Both the position numbers and the translations under genes were made by a program. The notes below the pieces were generated by a model. It saw nothing but the letters and a program-made list of their open reading frames with translations, was not told where the DNA came from and made no database searches. From an uncultured virus (IMG/VR IMGVR_UViG_3300043908_006005) (taxonomy: Duplodnaviria > Heunggongvirae > Uroviricota > Caudoviricetes), in IMG/VR virus record IMGVR_UViG_3300043908_006005: a stretch of 64,000 nt of DNA; one strand, 5' to 3'. Of this stretch, positions 27,951 through 37,053 are shown piece by piece (within the stretch, counting starts at the first letter, position 1; each line of letters starts with the position of its first letter).

Positions 27951-29530
27951 TGAAAGTAGCCGGATTCTGCTCTGGACATGACTGTGCATATGCAATACTA
28001 AAGGACGGAATACCAGTATTGCACAACGAGCTAGAAAGATTTACCAGAGAGAAGGAACCTCTTGGAGATTCCATTGGGTTTATGTTTGACAGCTATGAAG
28101 AACACAGCGACATAAAACACTTTGCTCATTGCTTCGACACATACAACGGAGGCATTGAGAAAAGATATCCAGAAACTCTAAGCAAAATGATGTCCATAGC
28201 TAACCAAAATGGTGGCGATTATTTTATACCAGGACATCACGAATCACATGCAGCAAATGCATTTTTCTCTAGCAATTTCGACGAAGCGTTGATAGTAAGT
28301 ATTGATGGTGGAGGAAGGGATTACGGCATCGACAAAGAAGAGGTTATAGCAACCTTCACTGCATGGGAAGGAACAGGGACAAAAGTAAATAAAATACAAA
28401 TACTTCCTGGAAATGTAGTGAACATTGGCGTGTCTTGGACGGAGTGTACAAAACAGATATTTGGTCTTTCTGGCGGTTATCCAAAAGGAAATCAGGCTGG
28501 AACTGTAATGGCTATGGCTTGCATGGGAGACGCAAACAAATACTGGAAACACTTTTATGACAGCGGGCTTAGAGATTATAAGGGTATAAACTTTAAAGCA
28601 TTAAGACAACAAGCGTTGAAAGGCGAACAAGAAATGTTTGACATCGCCGCCGGACTCCAAAGGGCAACAGAGAAAATTACAAAAAGTATTTTAGACACTT
28701 ATGTCGAAAGATACCCTTATAAAAATCTATGTTTATCAGGCGGAGTTGTTCTTAATTCTGTAATGGTCGGCAAAATGTATGACTGGTATCCACAAATAGA
28801 AAATATATATGTATGCCCAGTACCCTATGATGCTGGATTAGCTATAGGAGCAGCACAATATGTTTACCACCACGTATTAGGAAACCCGAGGATTGACTGG
28901 CAGGATAATGCATCCCCATATCTTGGCAAAAAGTATTCTAGACAACATATACTTTCAGCTATTCAGTCGTCTGGATTTCATTGCGAAGACAGCTTTTCTA
29001 ACGATGATGCAGCTAAGTTACTGTCAAAGGATGACAATATCATATCGGTTTTTGCTGGCGGCTCCGAGTCTGGAAGAAGAGCTCTAGGAAACAGAAGTAT
29101 TCTAGCGGACCCTAGAAGCCCAAACATGAAAGACATCATAAATGAAAAAGTTAAGCACAGACAATGGTTTAGGCCTTTCGCTCCATCTGTTCTTAGAGAA
29201 GATGTTTCTGATTGGTTTGAAAAAGACGTTGATTGCCCGTACATGACAGCCGTTATAAAATTCAAAAAGTCTGTTGTTGAAAAAGTTCCTGCGGTTGTGC
29301 ATTTGGATGGCACTGGTAGACTACAAACGGTTACAGAAAAAGACAATCCATGGTACTATAACTTTATTAAAAAATTCAAAGAGTATAGCGGGGTTCCTAT
29401 AGTCCTGAATACCAGTTTTAATGACAGGGAGCCTATAGTTGAAACACCAGAGCATGCAATAGCCTGTTTTGCACAAACAGACATTGACTATCTTTACTTT
29501 GCGGACGAGGAGTTGTTAGTAAGAAAATGA
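27950..29530 (+). CDS. NodU/CmcH-family carbamoyltransferase
   Basis: GHD, HHESHA, IDGGG, GGVVLN, DAGLAIG, RALGNRS, FRPFAPS, HLDGTGR, LNTSFN. Confidence 0.92.
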   Translation: MKVAGFCSGHDCAYAILKDGIPVLHNELERFTREKEPLGDSIGFMFDSYEEHSDIKHFAHCFDTYNGGIEKRYPETLSKMMSIANQNGGDYFIPGHHESHAANAFFSSNFDEALIVSIDGGGRDYGIDKEEVIATFTAWEGTGTKVNKIQILPGNVVNIGVSWTECTKQIFGLSGGYPKGNQAGTVMAMACMGDANKYWKHFYDSGLRDYKGINFKALRQQALKGEQEMFDIAAGLQRATEKITKSILDTYVERYPYKNLCLSGGVVLNSVMVGKMYDWYPQIENIYVCPVPYDAGLAIGAAQYVYHHVLGNPRIDWQDNASPYLGKKYSRQHILSAIQSSGFHCEDSFSNDDAAKLLSKDDNIISVFAGGSESGRRALGNRSILADPRSPNMKDIINEKVKHRQWFRPFAPSVLREDVSDWFEKDVDCPYMTAVIKFKKSVVEKVPAVVHLDGTGRLQTVTEKDNPWYYNFIKKFKEYSGVPIVLNTSFNDREPIVETPEHAIACFAQTDIDYLYFADEELLVRK

Positions 29531-30285
29531 TAACTATGCTAATAGGCACTTGCGATTCTTATTGTTTTTTATGGGAAAACTTTGCTTTGCTATGCAATGC
29601 TAACTGGTCTGTGGAATCTAAAAAGATATTTGTCTCTGAAACCAAACGCGCTGAAATTGATGGGTACGACACTCATCTGCCAGGGAAGATTTGCTGGACA
29701 AACAGGATTATAAGCGCTTTAGAAGAAGTTAAAACAGATTATGTGTTCTTTGTTCTTGAGGATTATTTTTTAACAGAGCATATAACACAAGAAGAAATAG
29801 ATTTATACATAGAATTTATGGAAGAAAAAAAAGCAAACAAAATAATGATAGAGCCGCTTTCTTACCTAATGAAATATAACATGAAAAATCACAACAAGTT
29901 CAAGGGCAGGTTTGTTTATAAGGTTGAAGATTATAGCGATTTTATTTCTTCTATTCAGCCTTCACTCTGGAGAAAAGACTATCTTTTACAACTATTGAAA
30001 CCCGAATGGTCTCCTTGGGACTTTGAGTGTACCGGAACAGATTTAATTAAGGGCAAAGACAATAGGGTATATAACATATCCGGACCTAGAGGCATGAGAA
30101 CAGAAAAGATATACTGGAATGCCATAATAAACCCCAAGATAGCGGAGACTCTGTATCCCGAGCATCTAGAAAAAGAGAAGCAAAAAAGAGAAGGCCAACC
30201 TATCTCTGGCAATATAATTAGCCCTGGATGGCCTGATATAAAAAAACGATTTAACCTAAAAGACATGGGAGGATTTTATAAATGA
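29527..30285 (+). CDS. GT-A-like hypothetical glycosyltransferase
   Basis: TCDSY, FVLEDYF, QPSLWRK, SPWDFE. Confidence 0.5.
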   Translation: MITMLIGTCDSYCFLWENFALLCNANWSVESKKIFVSETKRAEIDGYDTHLPGKICWTNRIISALEEVKTDYVFFVLEDYFLTEHITQEEIDLYIEFMEEKKANKIMIEPLSYLMKYNMKNHNKFKGRFVYKVEDYSDFISSIQPSLWRKDYLLQLLKPEWSPWDFECTGTDLIKGKDNRVYNISGPRGMRTEKIYWNAIINPKIAETLYPEHLEKEKQKREGQPISGNIISPGWPDIKKRFNLKDMGGFYK

Positions 30286-30297
30286 ATAACAGAATAC

Positions 30298-30327
30298 TTG
30301 ACAACTACAATAACTCTGATATATTCT
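30298..30327 (+). promoter_or_regulatory. sigma70-type promoter
   Basis: TTGACA followed by TATATT (16-nt spacer) or TATTCT (18-nt spacer) in an intergenic gap. Confidence 0.6.
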
Positions 30328-30381
30328 ATATACAAATCACGTTTTACGCTAATTACACCGAAGAGGATGTTTGGACTTACT

Positions 30382-31515
30382 ATGGCTAATATACTAATAC
30401 TTGGAGCGGGTGGCATTGGACTCCCAATCGCGTCGGCCCTAAAGCACGAAGAATACAATCTTGTTCTGTCTGATTGCTCTCAAGACGCTATTGATAAAGC
30501 TAAGGATTATTTCGGTAGAACTAATTTTGACAGTCAATGCTTGCTTGACTTTCATGTTGGCGAAGCAGCGGATTATCTGGATAAGAATAAATTAGAATTT
30601 GACATAGTAGTATCAGCTTTGCCATACTACATGAACAAAGAAATAGCATTCGCGTGTGTTAGCGCTGGCGTATCTTACGTTGACCTTGGCGGGCATGTAG
30701 AGACAACCAATTATATTCGCAAGATTGCTGAGGAAGATGGCTACGCTCCAGTAGCTAGCGACCAAGGATTAGCTCCAGGTTTAGTTAATATCTGTGCCGA
30801 AGAGGCTTTTGAAGCTGTTAAGGAAAACAAATACCGTAGTGCAAAAATTAAGATGGCCGTAGGCGGTCTTCCAGAGAATAGAGGCCTGAACCCACTAGAC
30901 TATATTGTTACTTGGTCTATTGACGGGTTGATTAATGAATATAAGGGAGAAGCAGAAGTTCTCTTGGGAGCAGAAAAGAAGAACGTACCCACGCTCACTG
31001 GCCTAGAAACTATGACTGTTGACGGAGATGAGTTAGAAGCGTTTTACACAGCCGGTGGAAGTTCTCACACAATTCAATCCATGTTTAACCAAACTTCCCG
31101 TCCAATACCTGACGTTACATACAAGACGTTGCGATACCCAGGACATATGAATATGGTGAAGTGGCTCATGGAAGAGATTGAGATGGACCACATTGATTTG
31201 ACACATCTGTTTAAGTACGGCTGTGCGGCGTTAGACGAAAAGGATATTGTGAAGTTCTATGTCGAGGCTACTAATGGGAACTTGTCTTACAAAAGAGAAC
31301 ACACATTCTATGCAAGCGAAGAGTTCTCTGCTATGCAGCGTTCAACCGCATACAGCGCAGCAGCGGCGATTCAGACAATGTATATAAATAGGCCGATACC
31401 AGCCCGCTCTTTTGCCCTGGACTATTCATACTTCTGTAACGATTTGTTTCATGAGCGTTTCAGAGACGCTTTAAACAGAGACCGCCCAGAGAAAGAGAAA
31501 GAGTGGGTGGTCTGA
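30382..31515 (+). CDS. saccharopine dehydrogenase / lysine 6-dehydrogenase family oxidoreductase
   Basis: ILGAGGIG, SALPY, YVDLGG, GLAPG, GGLP, WSIDGLINEY, KTLRYPGH. Confidence 0.85.
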   Translation: MANILILGAGGIGLPIASALKHEEYNLVLSDCSQDAIDKAKDYFGRTNFDSQCLLDFHVGEAADYLDKNKLEFDIVVSALPYYMNKEIAFACVSAGVSYVDLGGHVETTNYIRKIAEEDGYAPVASDQGLAPGLVNICAEEAFEAVKENKYRSAKIKMAVGGLPENRGLNPLDYIVTWSIDGLINEYKGEAEVLLGAEKKNVPTLTGLETMTVDGDELEAFYTAGGSSHTIQSMFNQTSRPIPDVTYKTLRYPGHMNMVKWLMEEIEMDHIDLTHLFKYGCAALDEKDIVKFYVEATNGNLSYKREHTFYASEEFSAMQRSTAYSAAAAIQTMYINRPIPARSFALDYSYFCNDLFHERFRDALNRDRPEKEKEWVV

Positions 31516-33476
31516 TGACATTTTTCCCACTTCATGTTCACAGTCACGACAGTCTTCTTGATGGCCTTAGTAAGCCTAAAGATATTGCCAAGAGATGCAA
31601 AGAACTTGGTTTAAAAGGGTGCGCTTTAACTGACCACGGTGTTCTCTCTGGCGCAGTCAGCTTCGTAGAAGCCATGAAGTCTGCCGGACTAAAACCTATA
31701 CTTGGATGCGAGTTCTATATCTGTGAGGGCGACCCTACTGACAAGGAGAATAGGACTCGCTCCAACACACACCTTGTAGTCCTTGCCAAGAACAAACAGG
31801 GGTGGCAAGACCTTATCGCTGCAACCTCTCAGTCCAATCACCCAGACTATTTCTATTATGCCCCAAGACTAGACTTAGCTACACTCAAGAAGTTCTGCAC
31901 AGGCAACTGGATTGCGTTTAGCGGACACATGGGTTCACACCTAGCTAACGAAATGTTCATAGACCACAAAGAAGCGTACTCTGCGCAAAGCTACGACGAA
32001 GCAACTAGGATGGTTGACAAAGACTGGGTAAACAAGGTCTCTGCTAAAGCTAAAGAGCTTGAGGATATTTTTGGTAAAGGAAACTTCTTTCTAGAAATAC
32101 AACTAATAGACGTAGACAATCTACCCGCTTCTGGCGTGGTCGCAAAAGGACTTAGATACCTAAGTAAGAAAATCGACATTCCGTGTGTAGCAACGCCAGA
32201 CGCCCACTATGCTTATCCAGAGGATGCAGATGACCAAAGGGTTCTTTTGTCTAACCACCCAAGCATAGACACACCGCTCAAGGACATCTACAAGAAGATG
32301 GTTTCAGGAGACGATATAAGCCTTGGAGCTTTCTTTAAGTCCAGAAACTATTACATTCCTGGTCATGACGAAATGATGAAACTTCACACAGAAGAAGAGG
32401 TTGAAAATGCAGACAAGATTGCTGATATGTGCGAAGACTACACAATCACCGGAAAGCCAATGCCGCCTAGATTTCCATTGCCAGAAAAAGTAACAGCAAT
32501 TGAAAGGCTAAGAGAAAGGTGTCGTGAGGGCTGGCAAAAAAGATGGCCCGCCATTAAAAGCGTGATAGATAGCAGCGACCACACAAAAGAAGAGTACGCT
32601 GAAAGATTTGAGATGGAAATATCTGTTTTGGAGAACGCAAAGCTAGCAGACTACTTCTTAATTGTTGATGACATTATCCATTGGGCCAGGAAGGACGGCC
32701 AGCTTACAGGCGCCGGTAGAGGCTCCGCTGATGGTTCTCTAATACTATATCTTTTAGAGGTTGGCCATATAGACCCAATCAAACACGATTTAATGTTCGA
32801 GCGATTTTACAACGCCGGACGAAATACAGCAGACAGAGTGTCACTTCCTGATGTGGATATGGACTTCGAGAAGCTTGGTCGTGAGCGTATAATTGGCTAT
32901 ATAAACGACAGGTTTGGCGAAGATAGGGTTTCTCAAATGATTACGTTCAGCAAGATGCAAGGACGTTCTGTATTGCAAGACGTAATGAGGGCGCACAGTG
33001 CGTGTAGCCCAGAAGAAAGAAACAGAATCACAAAGAACATACCTGATGAAGCAGACATTTCTGACCAACTTGAAGATATGCGTCAAGCAGACAAAGACTC
33101 TGGGGGAGATGGTAGCGCTAGCATTATTCAGTGGGCTTTGGAGAACAGAGAAGAGGACTTGAAACAGTGGTGCTATATTGGCGAAAACGGAAACCTGCAA
33201 GGGCCAATGTCAAAGATATTTGAGCAATCAATACGCATGGAGGGAACAAAGCGCTCTAGAAGTAAGCATGCCGCTGGAATTGTGATTGCCAACGAACCTC
33301 TTGCGAAGATTTGCCCTATGGTGCATGATAAAAGCACTGGCGAAAGCATTGCCGGAATGGAAATGAATGACCTTGAATCTATGGGTCATATCAAGTTTGA
33401 CATTCTTGGAATCGCAATTCTTGATAAGATACATGGAGTGCAAGACCTATTATCTTCGGGAGAATTCGGTGATTGA
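31515..33476 (+). CDS. dnaE: DNA polymerase III alpha subunit, N-terminal part (PHP, palm, thumb)
   Basis: LHVHS, LTDHG, DAHY, GRGS, PDVDMDF, HAAGIVI, KFDILG; ORF ends shortly after the third catalytic Asp. Confidence 0.93.
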   Translation: MTFFPLHVHSHDSLLDGLSKPKDIAKRCKELGLKGCALTDHGVLSGAVSFVEAMKSAGLKPILGCEFYICEGDPTDKENRTRSNTHLVVLAKNKQGWQDLIAATSQSNHPDYFYYAPRLDLATLKKFCTGNWIAFSGHMGSHLANEMFIDHKEAYSAQSYDEATRMVDKDWVNKVSAKAKELEDIFGKGNFFLEIQLIDVDNLPASGVVAKGLRYLSKKIDIPCVATPDAHYAYPEDADDQRVLLSNHPSIDTPLKDIYKKMVSGDDISLGAFFKSRNYYIPGHDEMMKLHTEEEVENADKIADMCEDYTITGKPMPPRFPLPEKVTAIERLRERCREGWQKRWPAIKSVIDSSDHTKEEYAERFEMEISVLENAKLADYFLIVDDIIHWARKDGQLTGAGRGSADGSLILYLLEVGHIDPIKHDLMFERFYNAGRNTADRVSLPDVDMDFEKLGRERIIGYINDRFGEDRVSQMITFSKMQGRSVLQDVMRAHSACSPEERNRITKNIPDEADISDQLEDMRQADKDSGGDGSASIIQWALENREEDLKQWCYIGENGNLQGPMSKIFEQSIRMEGTKRSRSKHAAGIVIANEPLAKICPMVHDKSTGESIAGMEMNDLESMGHIKFDILGIAILDKIHGVQDLLSSGEFGD

Positions 33477-34059
33477 ACTAGAGCAATTAAGGAAGGAATA
33501 CTCTTCCTGTGAAATATGCTCTCTGTGCCCAAGCAAGACCGGCATAAATGGAGTAGTAAAATCCAGCGGACCCGCATCGTCTCTAGCTATAGTCGGAGAA
33601 GCTCCTGGTGCTGACGAAGATGCTGCTGGAGAGCCCTTTGTAGGAAGGGCTGGAAAAATGCTTGACAAACTTCTAGAAGGGGCTAAAATAAAGAGGCATC
33701 AGGCGTTTATTACGAACTCTGTAAAATGTAGACCAACACAAAATCAAGGAAAAAAGAACAGAGCCCCAACGCCAGAAGAATGTCAGTCTTGTAGGCCGTG
33801 GCTTTATAAAGAGATTGGATTGATTAAGCCAAAGGTTGTAGTTACTTTAGGTAAAGTGTCAACTGAATCAGTTTTACCGCTTCCAAAAAATTTTACACTC
33901 GGGGATTACGTAAACAAGCCACATGAAGCGAAAATTGGCGATAATACATATACAGTCGTTCCTTGTTGGCATCCTTCCTATTTGATGCAGCACGGAAGAA
34001 ATAAGTTTAACGAAGCGGTAGATTGTTTTAAGCTAGCAAAGAAATTGGTATTGAAATGA
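33469..34059 (+). CDS. family-4 uracil-DNA glycosylase
   Basis: CEIC, GEAPG, PFVGRAG, NSVKCRP, HPSY; GTG at 33469. Confidence 0.92.
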   Translation: MIELEQLRKEYSSCEICSLCPSKTGINGVVKSSGPASSLAIVGEAPGADEDAAGEPFVGRAGKMLDKLLEGAKIKRHQAFITNSVKCRPTQNQGKKNRAPTPEECQSCRPWLYKEIGLIKPKVVVTLGKVSTESVLPLPKNFTLGDYVNKPHEAKIGDNTYTVVPCWHPSYLMQHGRNKFNEAVDCFKLAKKLVLK

Positions 34060-34784
34060 ATTATAATTCTATATGCTGTTACGATTACGAAACGGGTTCT
34101 CCTAATCCCTCTACATGCTCTATTATACAGATAGCGGCAGAGATGATACATGGAAGAAATCTTAACGTGGTAGACAAGTTCTCCGCATATGTTAGACCTG
34201 ATTGGGATGACACGGAATCTACAACTGACGAAACAATAGACTGGCATTGCAGAAACAAGGGCGTCTCAAAAAAGAAGTTTGTGGATATGTTAAATGAATG
34301 CCCTCCAATCAATATCGTATGGAAAAACTTCTCGTCATGGGTAGACAAATACAATTGGGGAAAAACAAATAAGACTGGGTTTCATGCGCCCGTCTCTGCT
34401 GGATATAACATACTTGGATTCGATAACCCCATAACGGATAGGCATTGCAAATTATTTGGGCCAACTGAAAAAGACAGGCGAAATGGGGCAGAAAAGCCAA
34501 GGGTATTTAATCAGATATACAGCTTTGATTTAATGCAGCATGTCTGGTATTGGTTTGAAAATAACAGCGAGCTTAAGAACCAAAAGCTAACAACCGTCTT
34601 AGAGTACATGGGGGTTCCAGAAGAAGTTACCGCAAATGCTCATGACGCAGAGTTTGACGTTGAGTGGACATCTAAGGTTATCATAAAGCTGATGAAGACA
34701 TCTAGATGGATGACTGGGTGGAATGAACAAAATCAGAAAAGAAGGCTTGAATTTGCTAATGCCTTTGCACAGGAGTTTAAATGA
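34056..34784 (+). CDS. DEDDh 3'-5' exonuclease (epsilon-like)
   Basis: DYET (Exo I), GYN..FD (Exo II), AHDAEFD (Exo III). Confidence 0.88.
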   Translation: MNYNSICCYDYETGSPNPSTCSIIQIAAEMIHGRNLNVVDKFSAYVRPDWDDTESTTDETIDWHCRNKGVSKKKFVDMLNECPPINIVWKNFSSWVDKYNWGKTNKTGFHAPVSAGYNILGFDNPITDRHCKLFGPTEKDRRNGAEKPRVFNQIYSFDLMQHVWYWFENNSELKNQKLTTVLEYMGVPEEVTANAHDAEFDVEWTSKVIIKLMKTSRWMTGWNEQNQKRRLEFANAFAQEFK

Positions 34785-36481
34785 GTAAAGTTAGATGGCC
34801 GTGTGGATGTGAGCTTCCAGTAAAGAGTTGCTCTGACACACCAATGGTGATTAACGTGCAGTTCGGAGACACTCTGCCCAAAGGTATTGAGCTAGATGTT
34901 TACAACATAAATCTTAATTGCGAAGCTACATGGGACATGATATGTAGCGGTAGAACCAAGGGTGTATTTCAGCTAGAAAGCGCGTTGGGTCGTCAGTGGG
35001 CAAAAAAACTTGAGCCAAGAAACATACAAGAGCTTGGAGCATTGGGCGCGCTAATTAGGCCTGGATGCCTTCGTGCAATGAGCGGCAGCCCTCCCAAGAG
35101 TATGACTCAAAGATATTGTGACAGGAAGCATGGGGTTGAAGAGGTGGTTTATCCTCATGAATCTTTAGAGCCAATACTTAAAAACACTCAGGGCGTTCTA
35201 ACATTTCAAGAACAAGCCATGAAGATAGCTGTAGTTCTCGCCGGTTTCAATGAGCAGCAAGCTGATATTCTTCGCAAGGCCATCGGAAAAAAGAAGGCCG
35301 ACGTTATGCTTGAAGTTAAGAAGTCGTTTCTTGAGGGCGCTGAAAAGACCGGCATTGTTTCTCGGGAGCTAGCTGAAGAAATTTTTGGGTGGATTCAAGA
35401 ATCTCAAAGATACTCTTTTAACAAAAGCCATGCGGACGCCTACGCTCTTAATGGGTACTGGAGCGCTTTTTGCAAGACACATATGCCGCTCGAGTTCTAT
35501 TGCTCTTGGCTTAGAGGCGCTTCGTGGAAAGGTGCGAAGCAATACGAAGAAATATATGACCTTGTAAATGACGCGAAGTTAAACAACATAGATGTTTTAC
35601 CACCAACACTGGCAGATAAACGCAATACTTTCTACATTAAAGACAAAAAGGTTTACTTTGGTCTTTCCAGCATTAGGGGTATAGGCTCTGCCGTAATTCA
35701 GAAGATGATAGACAAGCTCGCTGATGTTGAGAAAAATTTAGGCAGAGGTATCGGAGCTTGGATGTGGATGGAATATCTTAAATACGGGACTGAGTGTGTA
35801 TCATCCAACGTAACCGAAGCAATGATAAAGGCCGGAGCTCTGGATTTTATGGACCGCTCACGAAATGAAATGTTGTACCAATACTCCATATGGTCACAGC
35901 TTAGCCCTACGGAAAAGAAGTGGATTGTAAGTGAATACAAAGGAAACAGCCTTATGGAGGCTCTAAAAGAATGTCAGCCAAAAAGAGTTATGAAAAACAA
36001 ACAACAAATTGCTGGAGGCGGGTGTGTAAACGACAAGAGGTCCGAGTTTGTAGGAGACCTAATCACTTCCCTTAAAAATCCTCCACATAAACTAGAAGAT
36101 TCTATGGACTGGATTGCTTGGAATGAGCAAAAAACTCTAGGCGCGCCTATCACTTGCAGCAGGGTTGACGCTGTTGAAAGAGGCATAGAAGCAAACTGCA
36201 CTTGCAAAGAATATATAACCACTAAAAGAAAAGACTATATGAAGTTTGCCGTTGAGATTACCAAGGTTAAAGTTGTAAAAACAAAGAGCGGAAAAAACCC
36301 TGGTCAAGAAATGGCTTTTCTTACGGTTGAAGATAATAGCTGCTCTCTTGACGATGTTGTTTGCTTTCCCGATAAGTTCCAGGAATGTAGGGATGCTATT
36401 TACGAAGGTAACACTATACTGATTCAGGGAGACAGGGGAAGAAACGACTCTTTAGTTATTGGTCAAATTTGGCAAATTTAG
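34781..36481 (+). CDS. dnaE: DNA polymerase III alpha subunit, C-terminal part (fingers, HhH, OB)
   Basis: GVFQLES, ALIRPG, FQEQ, LRKAIGKK, YSFNKSHA, FGLSSIRGIG, MAFLTVED. Confidence 0.93.
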   Translation: MSKVRWPCGCELPVKSCSDTPMVINVQFGDTLPKGIELDVYNINLNCEATWDMICSGRTKGVFQLESALGRQWAKKLEPRNIQELGALGALIRPGCLRAMSGSPPKSMTQRYCDRKHGVEEVVYPHESLEPILKNTQGVLTFQEQAMKIAVVLAGFNEQQADILRKAIGKKKADVMLEVKKSFLEGAEKTGIVSRELAEEIFGWIQESQRYSFNKSHADAYALNGYWSAFCKTHMPLEFYCSWLRGASWKGAKQYEEIYDLVNDAKLNNIDVLPPTLADKRNTFYIKDKKVYFGLSSIRGIGSAVIQKMIDKLADVEKNLGRGIGAWMWMEYLKYGTECVSSNVTEAMIKAGALDFMDRSRNEMLYQYSIWSQLSPTEKKWIVSEYKGNSLMEALKECQPKRVMKNKQQIAGGGCVNDKRSEFVGDLITSLKNPPHKLEDSMDWIAWNEQKTLGAPITCSRVDAVERGIEANCTCKEYITTKRKDYMKFAVEITKVKVVKTKSGKNPGQEMAFLTVEDNSCSLDDVVCFPDKFQECRDAIYEGNTILIQGDRGRNDSLVIGQIWQI

Positions 36482-36482
36482 C

Positions 36483-36512
36483 TTGACATTTTAATGGTTT
36501 AGCTGGTACTTT
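36483..36512 (+). promoter_or_regulatory. sigma70-type promoter, twin of 43804
   Basis: TTGACA-18nt-TACTTT with TGn extension. Confidence 0.65.
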
Positions 36513-36519
36513 ATTATAT

Positions 36520-37053
36520 ATGATGAAAATACACAAAAAACTCAAAGAAGCTCTTAAAAAGCACAATTATGAAGTTATTCTTAGTGCTAATAGCAGCGAG
36601 ATAAATTCGATTAAGGCGTCTTTTCCCGAAAGAAAACAAAAACCTTCTTTCAGTGGGTTTGGGGCTACGTATCAGTACATACCAGAGCTTGATTCAGACT
36701 GTCTTTTCTTTAGAATAGGAAACGGCGAGTACAGCACAATACAATGCCCAAGATATTCATTAAAAGAAGTCTTGTTTATGGATATAGAAAAGGTCTGTGA
36801 TGCCATAGGCTACAGCCAAGACCTTATTTCTTTTAGTCTCAATGATAAAGATGTTGACCAAAAAACATTCAAAAGAAACATACTGGAAGACGATTTAACA
36901 GATGAAGAAAAAGAGAAACAGGAAGTTTTGGAAGGCCTTTGCGAGTTAGCAAAAAAGGAGGGCTTCTCAGAAAAGTATCTTGAACAATCAAAGTCTCTTG
37001 GGCTGCAAGACGCATACGATGTACTGCAAGACATGTATTTGAGCGAAATATAA
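36520..37053 (+). CDS. hypothetical protein
   Basis: ORF immediately after promoter. Confidence 0.65.
   Translation: MMKIHKKLKEALKKHNYEVILSANSSEINSIKASFPERKQKPSFSGFGATYQYIPELDSDCLFFRIGNGEYSTIQCPRYSLKEVLFMDIEKVCDAIGYSQDLISFSLNDKDVDQKTFKRNILEDDLTDEEKEKQEVLEGLCELAKKEGFSEKYLEQSKSLGLQDAYDVLQDMYLSEI

Noticed and set aside
30298..30381. N-terminal extension of the dehydrogenase from TTG 30298
   Set aside because: That TTG is part of a TTGACA -35 element; the Rossmann motif starts right after ATG 30382
33400..34920. Split intein or self-splicing intron joining the dnaE halves
   Set aside because: No intein terminal motifs, and the intervening DNA is fully occupied by two intact overlapping enzyme genes with no room for an intron core
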